This document shows positions 1 through 9,332 of a stretch of DNA of 55,427 nucleotides, piece by piece. The stretch lies in contig CAINXS010000052.1 of assembly GCA_903854995.1 (NCBI GenBank), positions 1-55,427 of the forward strand, read 5' to 3'. Position numbers and translations under genes: made by a program. The stretch is from Candidatus Moraniibacteriota bacterium. Lineage in GTDB: Bacteria; Patescibacteriota; Minisyncoccia; Moranbacterales; UBA1568. Each line of letters opens with the position of its first letter. Position 1 is the first letter of the stretch. The notes beneath the pieces were generated by a model. That model was not told where the DNA came from, did not search any database, and saw only the letters and a list, made by a program, of their open reading frames with translations.

Positions 1-40
1 CGAATGGTACGTTTATGCGTTGACATACGCGTATCTTTTT

Positions 41-70
41 ACTAAAGCCGCCCTGCCGGGCGGCTTTAGT
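41..70. repeat. perfect palindrome with 13-bp arms ACTAAAGCCGCCC / GGGCGGCTTTAGT around a TGCC loop
   Basis: Read directly from the sequence. No U-run follows on either strand, so it is not called a terminator. It lies just outside the IS200-like element. Confidence 0.8.
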
Positions 71-95
71 ATACGGCGTCGCCTTCAAACGTACA

Positions 96-668
96 CCCCA
101 GCTTCGCTGGGGGTTTATAGATTAAATCAACTACCCCGCGGCAAGCCGCGAGGTATGTCCGCTAGAACAACGTCGGTTGTTCTTGGTGGAGCCTCACGTA
201 CTCTCTCTCGATCCCCTGGTTTTTTACATACTCCGTTACCGCACTTTCACTTCTGTTTCTCCCTACGGTTGAGATATAATGATCGTCCGTCCAGAATTCT
301 CCTCCCCACAGTTGTTTTTTGACTTCAGGCACTCGGGCGAAGATTTCTCGCGCCGTGATACTTTTCACGATTCGAGCAATCTTGGTCGGAGCATAGGTCG
401 GTACCGATTGGATGAGAAAGTGGACATGGTCATTGTCCGTTCCTATTTCGAGAAAGTGCATCTGATAACGAAGGGCTATATCTTGACAGACATCCTTCAT
501 GACCCCATATCCACTTTCTCGGAGATGACTGCCCGGCGATACTTTGCGGGACAGACGAGGTGATAGATGAGAACGCTGACGTTGTGTCTTTTGTGGATGT
601 ATATGCTCATCGTTCCATTATACGTCTCTCTCCTGCTTCGCAGGAGTTATTCGCGGCAAGCCGCGAGG
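96..668 (-). mobile_element. IS200/IS605-family element: tnpA flanked by paired subterminal hairpins
   Basis: The same 17-mer CGCGGCAAGCCGCGAGG (itself a CGCGGC-AA-GCCGCG hairpin) occurs at 137-153 and 652-668 in direct orientation. Each copy is preceded by a TTC-loop hairpin (96-112 CCCCAGC-TTC-GCTGGGG; 630-646 CTCCTGC-TTC-GCAGGAG). IS200/IS605 ends are known to be same-strand hairpins. The exact ends were not determined. Confidence 0.6.
162..610 (-). pseudogene. tnpA: IS200/IS605 Y1 (HUH) transposase TnpA, split by a one-nucleotide frame change near 497-500
   Basis: The C-terminal part is ORF 162-500, carrying the HVHFLIQ HUH motif. The N-terminal 37 aa (MSIYIHKRHNVSVLIYHLVCPAKYRRAVISEKVDMGS) read from 610 to 497 in the adjacent frame. 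The two frames meet at GGGGTCATGA. Confidence 0.75.
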
Positions 669-748
669 AATGGACCCTAAAAGAGATTCAATTGCGAATC
701 ATCATCAACTGCAATATATCGATCTGCATGCAGTATCTATCTCATCGA

Positions 749-3736
749 CTACACCACCACGTTCACTAGCTTCCTGGGGACGACAATGATACGCTTGGGC
801 TCCTTGCCGTCAAGATACGACTTCACCTTGTCGCTGTCGAGCGCATGCGTTTTCAGTTCGTTCTCGCTGGCGTCGGCCGGAATTTCGAACGAGTCTCGCA
901 TCTTGCCGTTCACCTGTACGACGATTTTGACGGTATCGGACACGAGGTATGCCGGGTCAGCCTCGGGCCAGGCGGCCAACGAGACGGAGCCGGTATTCCC
1001 GATACCTTCCCAGAGTTCCTCCGCGATATGCGGCGCGAACGGCGACAGTATCCGCAGGAAGAGTCCGAACGATCGGCTTGAAATCGACACCTCCTTCTCC
1101 ATGGCATTCACGAGAATCATCATCGAACTGACCGCCGTATTGAATCGCATGGCCTCAATGTCCTCGGATACCTTCACGATTGTCTTGTGCAACAACGAAT
1201 CAATCGTTTTCACCTTCTGTTCCTGCTCCCCTGTTGTCAGTTGTGAGTTTTCAGTTGTCAGTCCGAATTCTTCCGTTGTGAGTTGTGAGTTGTGAGTTGT
1301 GAGTTTTTCTTGCAGTTTCCAGACCCGTTCCAAAAAGCGTCGCGATCCCACCAACCCGTTCTGCCCCCAGGCGATCGGCTGATCGAACGGCCCCATGAAC
1401 ATCTCGTAGATGCGGAGTGTATCCGCTCCGAAATCCGAAACGATATCGTCGGGATTGATGACGTTCCCCTTTGACTTCGACATCTTCACGCCGCCCTCCG
1501 CAAGGATCAATCCGTGCGAGGTTCGCTTCTGATACGGCTCGGACGTCGGCGCTACGCCGATGTCGAACAGGAACTTGTTCCAGAACCGTGAATACAGGAG
1601 GTGCAGCGTCGTATGCTCCATTCCCCCGTTGTACCAATCGACCGGCATATATCGCTTCAGCTTTTCCGGATCGGCAAGCGCCGAACCGTTCTTCGGATCG
1701 ATATAACGCAGGAAGTACCACGAGGAACCGGCCCAGTTCGGCATCGTGTCTGTCTCGCGTTTCGCGGGTCCGCCACAAGTCGGACAGGTCGTATTCACCC
1801 AACTCCCCATTTTTGCCAGCGGAGATTCGCCGGTATCGGTCGGACTGTATCCACCGTCGATCTCCGGCAGTTCGAGCGGGAGTTCCGACTCGGGAAGCGC
1901 GACGATGCCGCATTGCTCGCAGTGCACGACCGGAATCGGCTCGCCCCAATACCTCTGGCGGGAAAAGACCCAATCGCGAAGCTTGTACTTCACGACTTTT
2001 TTCCCGTTCCCGTCGGCTTCGAGTTTCGTTGATATCTTTTCCCGTGCCTGAGACGATGAAAGTCCGGAAAACTCATCGGAGTCCGTCAATGTCCCGTCGT
2101 CGACGAACGCTCCGTCTTTCCCGTCGAGACGCGCGAGCCAAAAATCAAGTTCCGCGCAGGTCATCTCCCGATTCCGTATCTCGTCCAAAGAGAGCCAGAG
2201 TATCGAATGCTTCGCAGCCTCTTCCTCGACGACCCTTTCACGGGTGTCGTCCTCCAACTCGAAGAGAAGCGCCGACGTATTGGCTATCCGATTCTCGTCC
2301 TTATGCGCCGCAAAATATTCGCTTTGGACCTTTCCCCCGAGCGTTTCGATATACTTCAAATTGGAATACCCGGTCTCCTCAAGCACCTCACGCATCGCCG
2401 CCCCCACGACATCCTCGCCGTTTTCCACGCCTCCGACGATGAACGTGGTCCAGGGATGATTTTTCCATTCCAGACAGAGAAATTTCCCGTCCTTCGGGTT
2501 CCTTACGAGCGCATGGATGGTATCTCGCTCGACGGTCTTCTTCCCTTCCCGGGGAGGATTCTTTTTGTCGGTCAGATGAGGCATCACGACCGTCCTGACC
2601 GGAAGGTCGTACTTTTTCGCGAACGCGTAATCACGCTCGTCATGTGCCGGGACTGCCATCACCGCTCCGGTCCCATAATCGCCGAGCACGTAATCCGCGA
2701 CAAATACCGGGACCGCCTCGCCGTTTATCGGGTTGACCGCCATCAGTCCTTCCAACCGCACGCCCGTTTTTTCCCTCCCTTCGGCCGTCCGGTCCATCTC
2801 GGTCTTCTTCTTGGTCTCTTTCAGATAAGCGGCAACTTCTTCCCAGTTCCTGATTCCTGATTCTTGATTCTCAGATTCCGTTCCTTCTTCATTCTTAATT
2901 CCTGATTCCTGATTCTTTACTAAAGGATGCTCCGGTGCGACCACTACGTAGCTGCAACCGAAAAGCGTATCGACCCGCGTCGTAAACACCTCGATGCTCC
3001 CTTGCCTGATTCCTGATTCCTGATTCTTTATTCCAAACTCAATTATCGTTCCCTCGCTCCGACCGATCCAGTTGCGTTGCTGTATCTTTATCTTTTCGAG
3101 ATAGTCCACCGTATCGAGGTCGTCGTGCAGCCGATCGGCATACCTCGTAATAGCGAGCATCCACTGCTCCTTCTCGCGTTTCTCGGTCTCATTCCCACAT
3201 CGTTCGCACTTTCCGTCGATCACTTCCTCGTTCGCCAAGCCGATCTTGCACGACGGGCACCAGTTGATCATCATCTTCGCCTTGTACGCGAGTCCCTTCT
3301 TCAACATCTGCAGGAAGATCCACTGCGTCCATTTGAAGTACGCCGGATCCGTGGTATTGATCTCGCGCGACCAATCGAACGAGAATCCGATACCTTTGAG
3401 TTGTCGGCGGAAATTGTCGGTATTCTGACGCGTAACTTCCCGGGGATGGATACCGGTCTTGATGGCGTAATTCTCGGTCGGGAGCCCGAACGCGTCCCAC
3501 CCGATCGGATACAGCACGTCGAACCCCTCCATTCGCCGTTTCCGCGCGACGATATCCATGGCGGTATTGCTCCGGATATGTCCGATATGCAGGCCCTGGC
3601 CGGACGGGTATGGGAACTCGATCAGGCAATAGTACTTCGGTTTTTCGGAATCGTCATGCACCAAAAACGCCCCTTGTTCCTCCCATTTCGCTTGCCATTT
3701 TCCCTCGATCGTTTTGGGGTCGTATCTCCCTTGCAT
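749..3736 (-). CDS. leuS: leucyl-tRNA synthetase with a nested Nudix domain and in-frame repeat insertions
   Basis: HIGH motif (PSGQGLHIGH), KMSKS, the CP1 editing region and YKLRDWVFSRQRYWGEPIP are present. The ATG at 3736 (MQGRYDPKTIEGKW) fits the homologous N-terminus. The ORF track start at 3757 is a GTG. Confidence 0.95.
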   Translation of the reverse strand: MQGRYDPKTIEGKWQAKWEEQGAFLVHDDSEKPKYYCLIEFPYPSGQGLHIGHIRSNTAMDIVARKRRMEGFDVLYPIGWDAFGLPTENYAIKTGIHPREVTRQNTDNFRRQLKGIGFSFDWSREINTTDPAYFKWTQWIFLQMLKKGLAYKAKMMINWCPSCKIGLANEEVIDGKCERCGNETEKREKEQWMLAITRYADRLHDDLDTVDYLEKIKIQQRNWIGRSEGTIIEFGIKNQESGIRQGSIEVFTTRVDTLFGCSYVVVAPEHPLVKNQESGIKNEEGTESENQESGIRNWEEVAAYLKETKKKTEMDRTAEGREKTGVRLEGLMAVNPINGEAVPVFVADYVLGDYGTGAVMAVPAHDERDYAFAKKYDLPVRTVVMPHLTDKKNPPREGKKTVERDTIHALVRNPKDGKFLCLEWKNHPWTTFIVGGVENGEDVVGAAMREVLEETGYSNLKYIETLGGKVQSEYFAAHKDENRIANTSALLFELEDDTRERVVEEEAAKHSILWLSLDEIRNREMTCAELDFWLARLDGKDGAFVDDGTLTDSDEFSGLSSSQAREKISTKLEADGNGKKVVKYKLRDWVFSRQRYWGEPIPVVHCEQCGIVALPESELPLELPEIDGGYSPTDTGESPLAKMGSWVNTTCPTCGGPAKRETDTMPNWAGSSWYFLRYIDPKNGSALADPEKLKRYMPVDWYNGGMEHTTLHLLYSRFWNKFLFDIGVAPTSEPYQKRTSHGLILAEGGVKMSKSKGNVINPDDIVSDFGADTLRIYEMFMGPFDQPIAWGQNGLVGSRRFLERVWKLQEKLTTHNSQLTTEEFGLTTENSQLTTGEQEQKVKTIDSLLHKTIVKVSEDIEAMRFNTAVSSMMILVNAMEKEVSISSRSFGLFLRILSPFAPHIAEELWEGIGNTGSVSLAAWPEADPAYLVSDTVKIVVQVNGKMRDSFEIPADASENELKTHALDSDKVKSYLDGKEPKRIIVVPRKLVNVVV
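1233..1306. repeat. GTTGTSA heptamer word block inside leuS coding sequence
   Basis: The DNA reads tgttgtcagttgtgagttttcagttgtcag...gttgtgagttgtgagttgtgagttgtgag. It is translated in frame as LTTHNSQLTTEEFGLTTENSQLTTGE. Confidence 0.9.
2123..2545 (-). other. Nudix hydrolase domain inserted inside LeuRS (about residues 405-545 of the ORF)
   Basis: A complete Nudix box, GGVENGEDVVGAAMREVLEETGY (GX5EX7REUXEEXGU), is encoded at about 2366-2434. The insert sits between FAKKYDLPV and the conserved GTLTDSDEFSGL...YKLRDW block. In E. coli LeuRS (recalled sequence) only a short linker of roughly 20 aa separates these two blocks. Confidence 0.85.
2849..2917. repeat. ATTCCTG/ATTCTTG heptamer word block inside leuS coding sequence
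   Basis: The cctgattcctgattcttgattctcagattc...attcctgattcctgattc stretch is translated as KNQESGIKNEEGTESENQESGIR. Confidence 0.9.
3008..3025. repeat. third in-frame ATTCCTGATTC copy in leuS (encodes NQESGI)
   Basis: The sequence ctgattcctgattcctgattc was read directly. Confidence 0.85.
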
Positions 3737-3781
3737 ATACGGAAAATCACGGTTCACCCACCCACTCTACCCTATCTACCG

Positions 3782-3830
3782 CCGTTTTTCAAGGAAAACG
3801 GGTGGAGACGCCCCGACGGGGCGTCTCCAC
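3782..3830 (-). terminator. two adjacent hairpins downstream of atpC
   Basis: GTGGAGACGCCCC-GAC-GGGGCGTCTCCAC at 3802-3830 has a perfect 13-bp stem. CCGTTTT...AAAACGG follows at 3782-3801. Both lie between the atpC stop and the leuS start. The U-run is weak. Confidence 0.5.
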
Positions 3831-3855
3831 GAAATCACGAAAAATCGAACGCTGG

Positions 3856-4302
3856 TCACTGCTGACCAGGGGCGATGAAGCCACCCTTGCTTCGGTGCTT
3901 TCGAGCGACATGCAGGCGGGCGAATTCTTTCTCCAGGGACGCGGCGACACGGGCGTATTCCTCATCATCAAGCAGGCTGCGGTCAGCCTTCAGTTCCTCG
4001 GCCTTCCTCCGCCCCTCCTCGGCCCGTTCGATGTCGATCTCTTCGGCGCGCTCCGCCGTATCGGCCAACACGGACAACACGTTTCCGTGCAGTTCCACGA
4101 ATCCTCCCGACGTCGCGAGACTCTCCGGCTCAGTATGTGCGTCTCTCCGGAAAAAGATCTCGCCGGAACGGAGCGAGCCTATGTACGGGATATGATCGGG
4201 CAAGACGGTGATTTCCCCGCCTTCCGCCGGAAGCGTCACCGAATAGACGTCTTCCTCGAGGACGAGTCGCTCCGGGGTAACTATCTTTAACTTTAGTAAC
4301 AT
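3856..4302 (-). CDS. atpC: F1 ATP synthase epsilon subunit
   Basis: MLLKLKIVTPERLVLEEDVYSVTLPAEGGEITVLPDHIP is typical of epsilon subunits. The gene is in the last position of the atp operon. Confidence 0.9.
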   Translation of the reverse strand: MLLKLKIVTPERLVLEEDVYSVTLPAEGGEITVLPDHIPYIGSLRSGEIFFRRDAHTEPESLATSGGFVELHGNVLSVLADTAERAEEIDIERAEEGRRKAEELKADRSLLDDEEYARVAASLEKEFARLHVARKHRSKGGFIAPGQQ

Positions 4303-4330
4303 ACAACTTACAACTTACAACTTACAACCG
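4303..4330. repeat. (ACAACTT)x3.5 tandem heptamers filling the whole spacer between the four-helix-bundle gene stop and the atpC start
   Basis: The sequence acaacttacaacttacaacttacaaccg was read directly. Confidence 0.95.
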
Positions 4331-4690
4331 TCATTTCACAAGTGTTTTCTTTAACCCACCAAGCTGATTTGAAATCCCATCTATCCGTTTCATCGCCTCA
4401 TCATACCGATCTTCTTGAACCATCCCGTTTAATTTCAACGCATCCATTGCCGCCATTGTCTCATATAGGGAACGGAGCGAAATATTCAGAAAACGATTCA
4501 GTTCCTTATCAGTCGTTTTTCCGCTTCCTTCCGCGATATTAAGCGCTACCGACAAGGCGGCACGGATCATCTGGCTACCTATTTCGAAACGGAATTCTTT
4601 CGGTAGATCCTTAACAATTTTCAGAACAAGGGAAAAGAGCTCCTGCGAATCATTGTATACTTTCCATTTCCTGAACCGAAATTTCTCCAT
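4331..4690 (-). CDS. four-helix-bundle protein (23S rRNA intervening-sequence protein / DGR Avd family)
   Basis: The 119-aa product carries KWKVY...QMIRAALSVALNIAEGSGKTTDKELNRFLNISLRSLYE, characteristic of this family. Confidence 0.85.
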   Translation of the reverse strand: MEKFRFRKWKVYNDSQELFSLVLKIVKDLPKEFRFEIGSQMIRAALSVALNIAEGSGKTTDKELNRFLNISLRSLYETMAAMDALKLNGMVQEDRYDEAMKRIDGISNQLGGLKKTLVK

Positions 4691-4730
4691 ATCATTTACT
4701 GCTTCGAATCACCCCCCGTTCCCAATTCCC

Positions 4731-6268
<1,538 letters not shown>

Positions 6269-6318
6269 GCGTCTCAAACAGCTATCATCTTGCTTGATTC
6301 TCTCTCTTCCTTTCAAAT

Positions 6319-6354
6319 CGACTCATGTCCCCGGACCGTTCCGGAAACAAATAG
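6319..6354. other. conserved small hairpin motif, copy A (CGACTCATG-N3-CCGGA-CCGT-TCCGG-AA-N-CAAAT)
   Basis: It aligns with copy B at 9139-9178. The stem carries compensatory changes between the two copies. Confidence 0.5.
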
Positions 6355-6420
6355 TTGATTTGACAGATGAATCAGGAATAAGGAGTTTTGAATCATGCCT
6401 CAGACCATCTTGTCCCCGTT

Positions 6421-6500
6421 TTTTCTTTATTCTTAATTCCTGTATCTTTGTTCTTCATTCCCAATTCCTCATTCCTTATTCTTTATTCATAATTCTAATT
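6421..6500. repeat. ATTCC/ATTCTT-type word block (right arm, inverted relative to 6192-6268), overlapping the atpG stop
   Basis: The sequence ttttctttattcttaattcctgtatctttgttcttcattcccaattcctcattccttattctttattcataattc was read directly. Confidence 0.85.
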
Positions 6501-7373
6501 TTCGAGTGCCGCCTTACCCGCCGAGAGCTCAGCGATCTCCTGAGTGATCTTCGACTGCCGCAGCTGATTGTACGCGAGCGTGAGCCCCTCGGCCATCTCC
6601 TTGGCCGCGTCCGTCGCGCTGCGCATCGCCATCATGCGCGCCGCTTCCTGCGACGCGTTCGACTCGAGGATCGCGTGATAGATTTCCGCCTCCAAGAGTC
6701 TCGGGACCATCGTCTCGAGCACCGCGTCCGGTCCCGGTTCGATCACATATTTTCCCTCCTCGGGTGCCCGACCCTCATTCTCGAGTACCGCATCCGAATC
6801 TTCCGTAGCTATCGGGAGAATAGTTCTCACGACCGGCTCCTGCCGCATCATGGAAAAGAAGTTCGTGTAGGCGAGCTCGATACGATCCGTCCGACCCGAA
6901 CGGTATTCCTCAAGCAACATGCGCGCGATAGGCCTGACGGCTTCCGACGTCGGAAGCGACAGGATGCCGGGAAACGAAGCGAGCACGTCCTTTCCCATGC
7001 GCTTCACCTGTGCGTCGCTCTTCTTGCCGATCGTCACGAACGTCACCTCCCCGGCTACCCCGGAAACGTGCGCCCGCAGCATGCGGAAAAGCTGTGCGTA
7101 AAAGGTCCCGGCAAGGCCACGGTTCCCACTGACCAAAAGTATGATGCGACGGTCCGCTTCCCGAACCTCGAGCAACGGATGATTGTTGCCCGGAAACGCG
7201 AGTCGCACCTGCCGAAGCACCGAAAGTGCCTCTTCGGCATATGGGCGCAACGCCGTCGCGGACGCCACCGCGCGTCGAACCTTGGCAGCGGACACCATTT
7301 CCATGGCCCGGGTGATTTTCCCCGTGCTCTTCACACCCTTTATTCTCCGTCTGATGTCGGCCACGTTAGGCAT
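6495..7373 (-). CDS. atpG: F1 ATP synthase gamma subunit
   Basis: Gamma-like N-terminus (IRRRIKGVKSTGKITRAMEMVSAAKVRRA) and C-terminus (LTLAYNQLRQSKITQEI). Confidence 0.95.
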   Translation of the reverse strand: MPNVADIRRRIKGVKSTGKITRAMEMVSAAKVRRAVASATALRPYAEEALSVLRQVRLAFPGNNHPLLEVREADRRIILLVSGNRGLAGTFYAQLFRMLRAHVSGVAGEVTFVTIGKKSDAQVKRMGKDVLASFPGILSLPTSEAVRPIARMLLEEYRSGRTDRIELAYTNFFSMMRQEPVVRTILPIATEDSDAVLENEGRAPEEGKYVIEPGPDAVLETMVPRLLEAEIYHAILESNASQEAARMMAMRSATDAAKEMAEGLTLAYNQLRQSKITQEIAELSAGKAALEN

Positions 7374-7384
7374 ATGCTTGCGCT

Positions 7385-7414
7385 ACTTACAACTCACGAC
7401 TTATAACTGACAAC
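7385..7414. repeat. ACAACT-type word block (left arm of the atpG-atpA spacer)
   Basis: The sequence acttacaactcacgacttataactgacaacc was read directly. Confidence 0.8.
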
Positions 7415-7449
7415 CGCCCCCACCCACCCTGTCCCAATCCCTATCCCCG
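7415..7449 (-). other. six consecutive G3-5 tracts on the mRNA-sense strand (G-quadruplex-type motif) between the two arms
   Basis: The minus strand reads GGGG ATA GGG ATT GGG ACA GGG T GGG T GGGGG. Confidence 0.6.
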
Positions 7450-7487
7450 TTGTAAGTTGTTGGTTGTAAGTTGTTCGTTTTCCTTCG
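7450..7487. repeat. GTTGT-type word block (right arm, inverted relative to 7385-7414)
   Basis: The sequence ttgtaagttgttggttgtaagttgttcg was read directly. Confidence 0.8.
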
Positions 7488-8984
7488 TCAGTTTCTTTTC
7501 ATGAATTCCTCAATCCTCCCCTTCAACATCGTTTCCGTCTGTTCGTCGAGCGCCTTCTTCTCGCGGATAGCCGAAAGCACATCCTCACCTTCCGTTCCGA
7601 GATAGGCAAGGAATTCCCTCTCCCAATCACGGATCTTCTCGGCCGGAACGGCGTCGAGATGCCCGCGGGAAAGCGCGTAGAGTACGGCTACCTGGTTCTC
7701 GACCGGATACGGCGAGTATTGTCCCTGCTTCAGGACTTCGACCGAGCGCCTTCCTCGTTCGATTTGCGCGCGCGTCTTCTCGTCGAGGTCGGAACCGAAC
7801 TGCGCGAACGCCTCGAGCTCGCGGAATTGGGCAAGGTCGAGACGGAGCGTGCCCGCAACCTGTTTCATCGCCTTGATCTGCGCGGCCGAGCCGACACGCG
7901 ATACCGAGAGTCCGACGTTGAGTGCCGGACGGATGCCCTTGTGGAAAAGATCCGACTCGAGATAAATCTGTCCGTCCGTGATGGAAATGACGTTCGTCGG
8001 GATATACGCCGAGACATCGCCCGCCTGCGTCTCGATAATCGGCAATGCGGTCAGCGATCCGCCGCCGTTCTCGGCATTCAATTTCGCGCTGCGTTCGAGG
8101 AGTCGGGAATGGAGGTAGAACACGTCGCCGGGATAGGCCTCACGTCCCGGCGGACGGCGAAGGATAAGCGCGATCTGCCGATACGCCCACGCATGCTTCG
8201 AAAGATCATCATAGATGACGAGCACGTCCTTTCCCTGATCCATGAAATATTCGCCGATGGCACACCCGGCATACGGCGCAAGAAACGAGAGTGCTGCGGG
8301 GTCGGACGCGCCGGCCGACACGATGACGGTAAAGTCCATCGCTCCGCGCTTCGTAAGATCGCCCAGGATGCGCGCGACTTTGGATTCCTTCTGGCCGACC
8401 GCGACATAGATGCAGATCACGTCCTGACCTTTCTGATTCACGATCGTGTCGATCGCGACAGCGGTCTTGCCAGTCTGCCGGTCGCCGATGATGAGTTCGC
8501 GCTGACCGCGACCGACCGGAATAAGCGCGTCGATCGCCTTGATGCCGGTCTGGAGCGGCCGATGCACGGACTTGCGGGTGATGACCCCGGGAGCGACCTT
8601 CTCAATCGGCATATCCTTCTTGTCGCCCGCAATCTCGCCACGCCCGTCGAGCGGCCGTCCCAGCGGATCTACCACGCGACCGACGATTCCCTCGGACACC
8701 GGGACGGAGAGGAGCTTCCCAGTCCCCTTCGCACTCTCGCCTTCGCGTACATCGTCCCCGCCGGAAAGCATCATGACGCCGACCTCGGATTCTTCCAGGT
8801 TGAGCGCCACGCCGACCGCGCCGGACTCGAAAGCGACGATCTCGGACGCCGCGACACCGCCGAGTCCGGAAAGCCGCGCGATACCGTCACCGGCCTCCAA
8901 TATGCGGCCGACCGACTCCTTCTCCGCCGAGAAATCGAATCCGGCGATCTGTCTCTTCAGTTCTTCGATGAGCATGTTGGCCAT
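7488..8984 (-). CDS. atpA: F1 ATP synthase alpha subunit
   Basis: Walker A motif GDRQTGKT and full-length alpha-subunit similarity. Confidence 0.97.
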   Translation of the reverse strand: MANMLIEELKRQIAGFDFSAEKESVGRILEAGDGIARLSGLGGVAASEIVAFESGAVGVALNLEESEVGVMMLSGGDDVREGESAKGTGKLLSVPVSEGIVGRVVDPLGRPLDGRGEIAGDKKDMPIEKVAPGVITRKSVHRPLQTGIKAIDALIPVGRGQRELIIGDRQTGKTAVAIDTIVNQKGQDVICIYVAVGQKESKVARILGDLTKRGAMDFTVIVSAGASDPAALSFLAPYAGCAIGEYFMDQGKDVLVIYDDLSKHAWAYRQIALILRRPPGREAYPGDVFYLHSRLLERSAKLNAENGGGSLTALPIIETQAGDVSAYIPTNVISITDGQIYLESDLFHKGIRPALNVGLSVSRVGSAAQIKAMKQVAGTLRLDLAQFRELEAFAQFGSDLDEKTRAQIERGRRSVEVLKQGQYSPYPVENQVAVLYALSRGHLDAVPAEKIRDWEREFLAYLGTEGEDVLSAIREKKALDEQTETMLKGRIEEFMKRN

Positions 8985-8991
8985 AACGTTT

Positions 8992-9071
8992 CAGGAATGA
9001 CGAATAAAGAATAAAACAGAGAGAATCATAAATGAAGCAAAAAGAACCAGACGATAAGAATAGGAAATCAT
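8992..9071. repeat. GGAAT/GAATA-type word block (left arm upstream of atpA)
   Basis: The sequence caggaatgacgaataaagaataaaacagagagaatcataaatg...gataagaataggaaatcatg was read directly. Confidence 0.8.
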
Positions 9072-9100
9072 GCCCGGATGCCTCGTTTGGCTTCGGCATC

Positions 9101-9138
9101 ATTCCTTATTCTACATTCTTTTTTCTTCCTTTTCATTC
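9101..9138. repeat. ATTCC-type word block (right arm, inverted)
   Basis: The sequence attccttattctacattcttttttcttccttttcattc was read directly. A GATGCC...GGCATC hairpin (9077-9100) sits between the arms. Confidence 0.8.
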
Positions 9139-9178
9139 CGACTCATGCCGCCCGAGCCGTCTCGGAAGGCAAATCGTA
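9139..9178. other. conserved small hairpin motif, copy B (CGACTCATG-N4-CCGAG-CCGT-CTCGG-AA-NN-CAAAT)
   Basis: It aligns with 6319-6354. The loop CCGT is identical, and the stem differs by paired changes. Confidence 0.5.
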
Positions 9179-9259
9179 GGAGTGAGGGTTGGTTCTACGT
9201 TTCTAATTTTAACTTTTAGGATGAAGGGAATAATCGCTTTTTAGAGCCGCTTTCAAGTA

Positions 9260-9288
9260 TTGACTTTTTTGATTTTTTGGATTATAAT
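9260..9288 (+). promoter_or_regulatory. sigma70-type promoter TTGACT-17 nt-TATAAT
   Basis: The -35 box is at 9260-9265 and the -10 box at 9283-9288. The spacer is exactly 17 nt. It lies about 45 nt upstream of the ATG at 9333. Confidence 0.7.
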
Positions 9289-9332
9289 GTGTGGTTAAAT
9301 GTTCCTTCCCAATCAGCAAAACACATAACATC

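Noticed and set aside
20-322. The plus-strand 100-aa ORF at the left edge as a tnpB remnant or other IS passenger.
   Set aside because: It overlaps the tnpA C-terminus antisense, starts with TTG and has no TnpB (RuvC or zinc-finger) motifs.
1471-2442. Long plus-strand ORFs antisense to real genes. Examples: 1471-2442, 3077-3865, 7659-9014, 19888-21426, 28614-30224, 34598-35578, 39546-40592, 45496-46695, 45866-47176, 50466-51608.
   Set aside because: Each lies fully inside a well-supported minus-strand gene. Their products are Arg/Pro/Ser-rich low-complexity sequences typical of shadow ORFs in GC-rich DNA, and none shows a recognisable motif.
4303-4330. The possibility that the short tandem repeats are CRISPR arrays.
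   Set aside because: Units are 7-8 nt and contiguous, with no unique spacers of about 30 nt. No cas genes are present.
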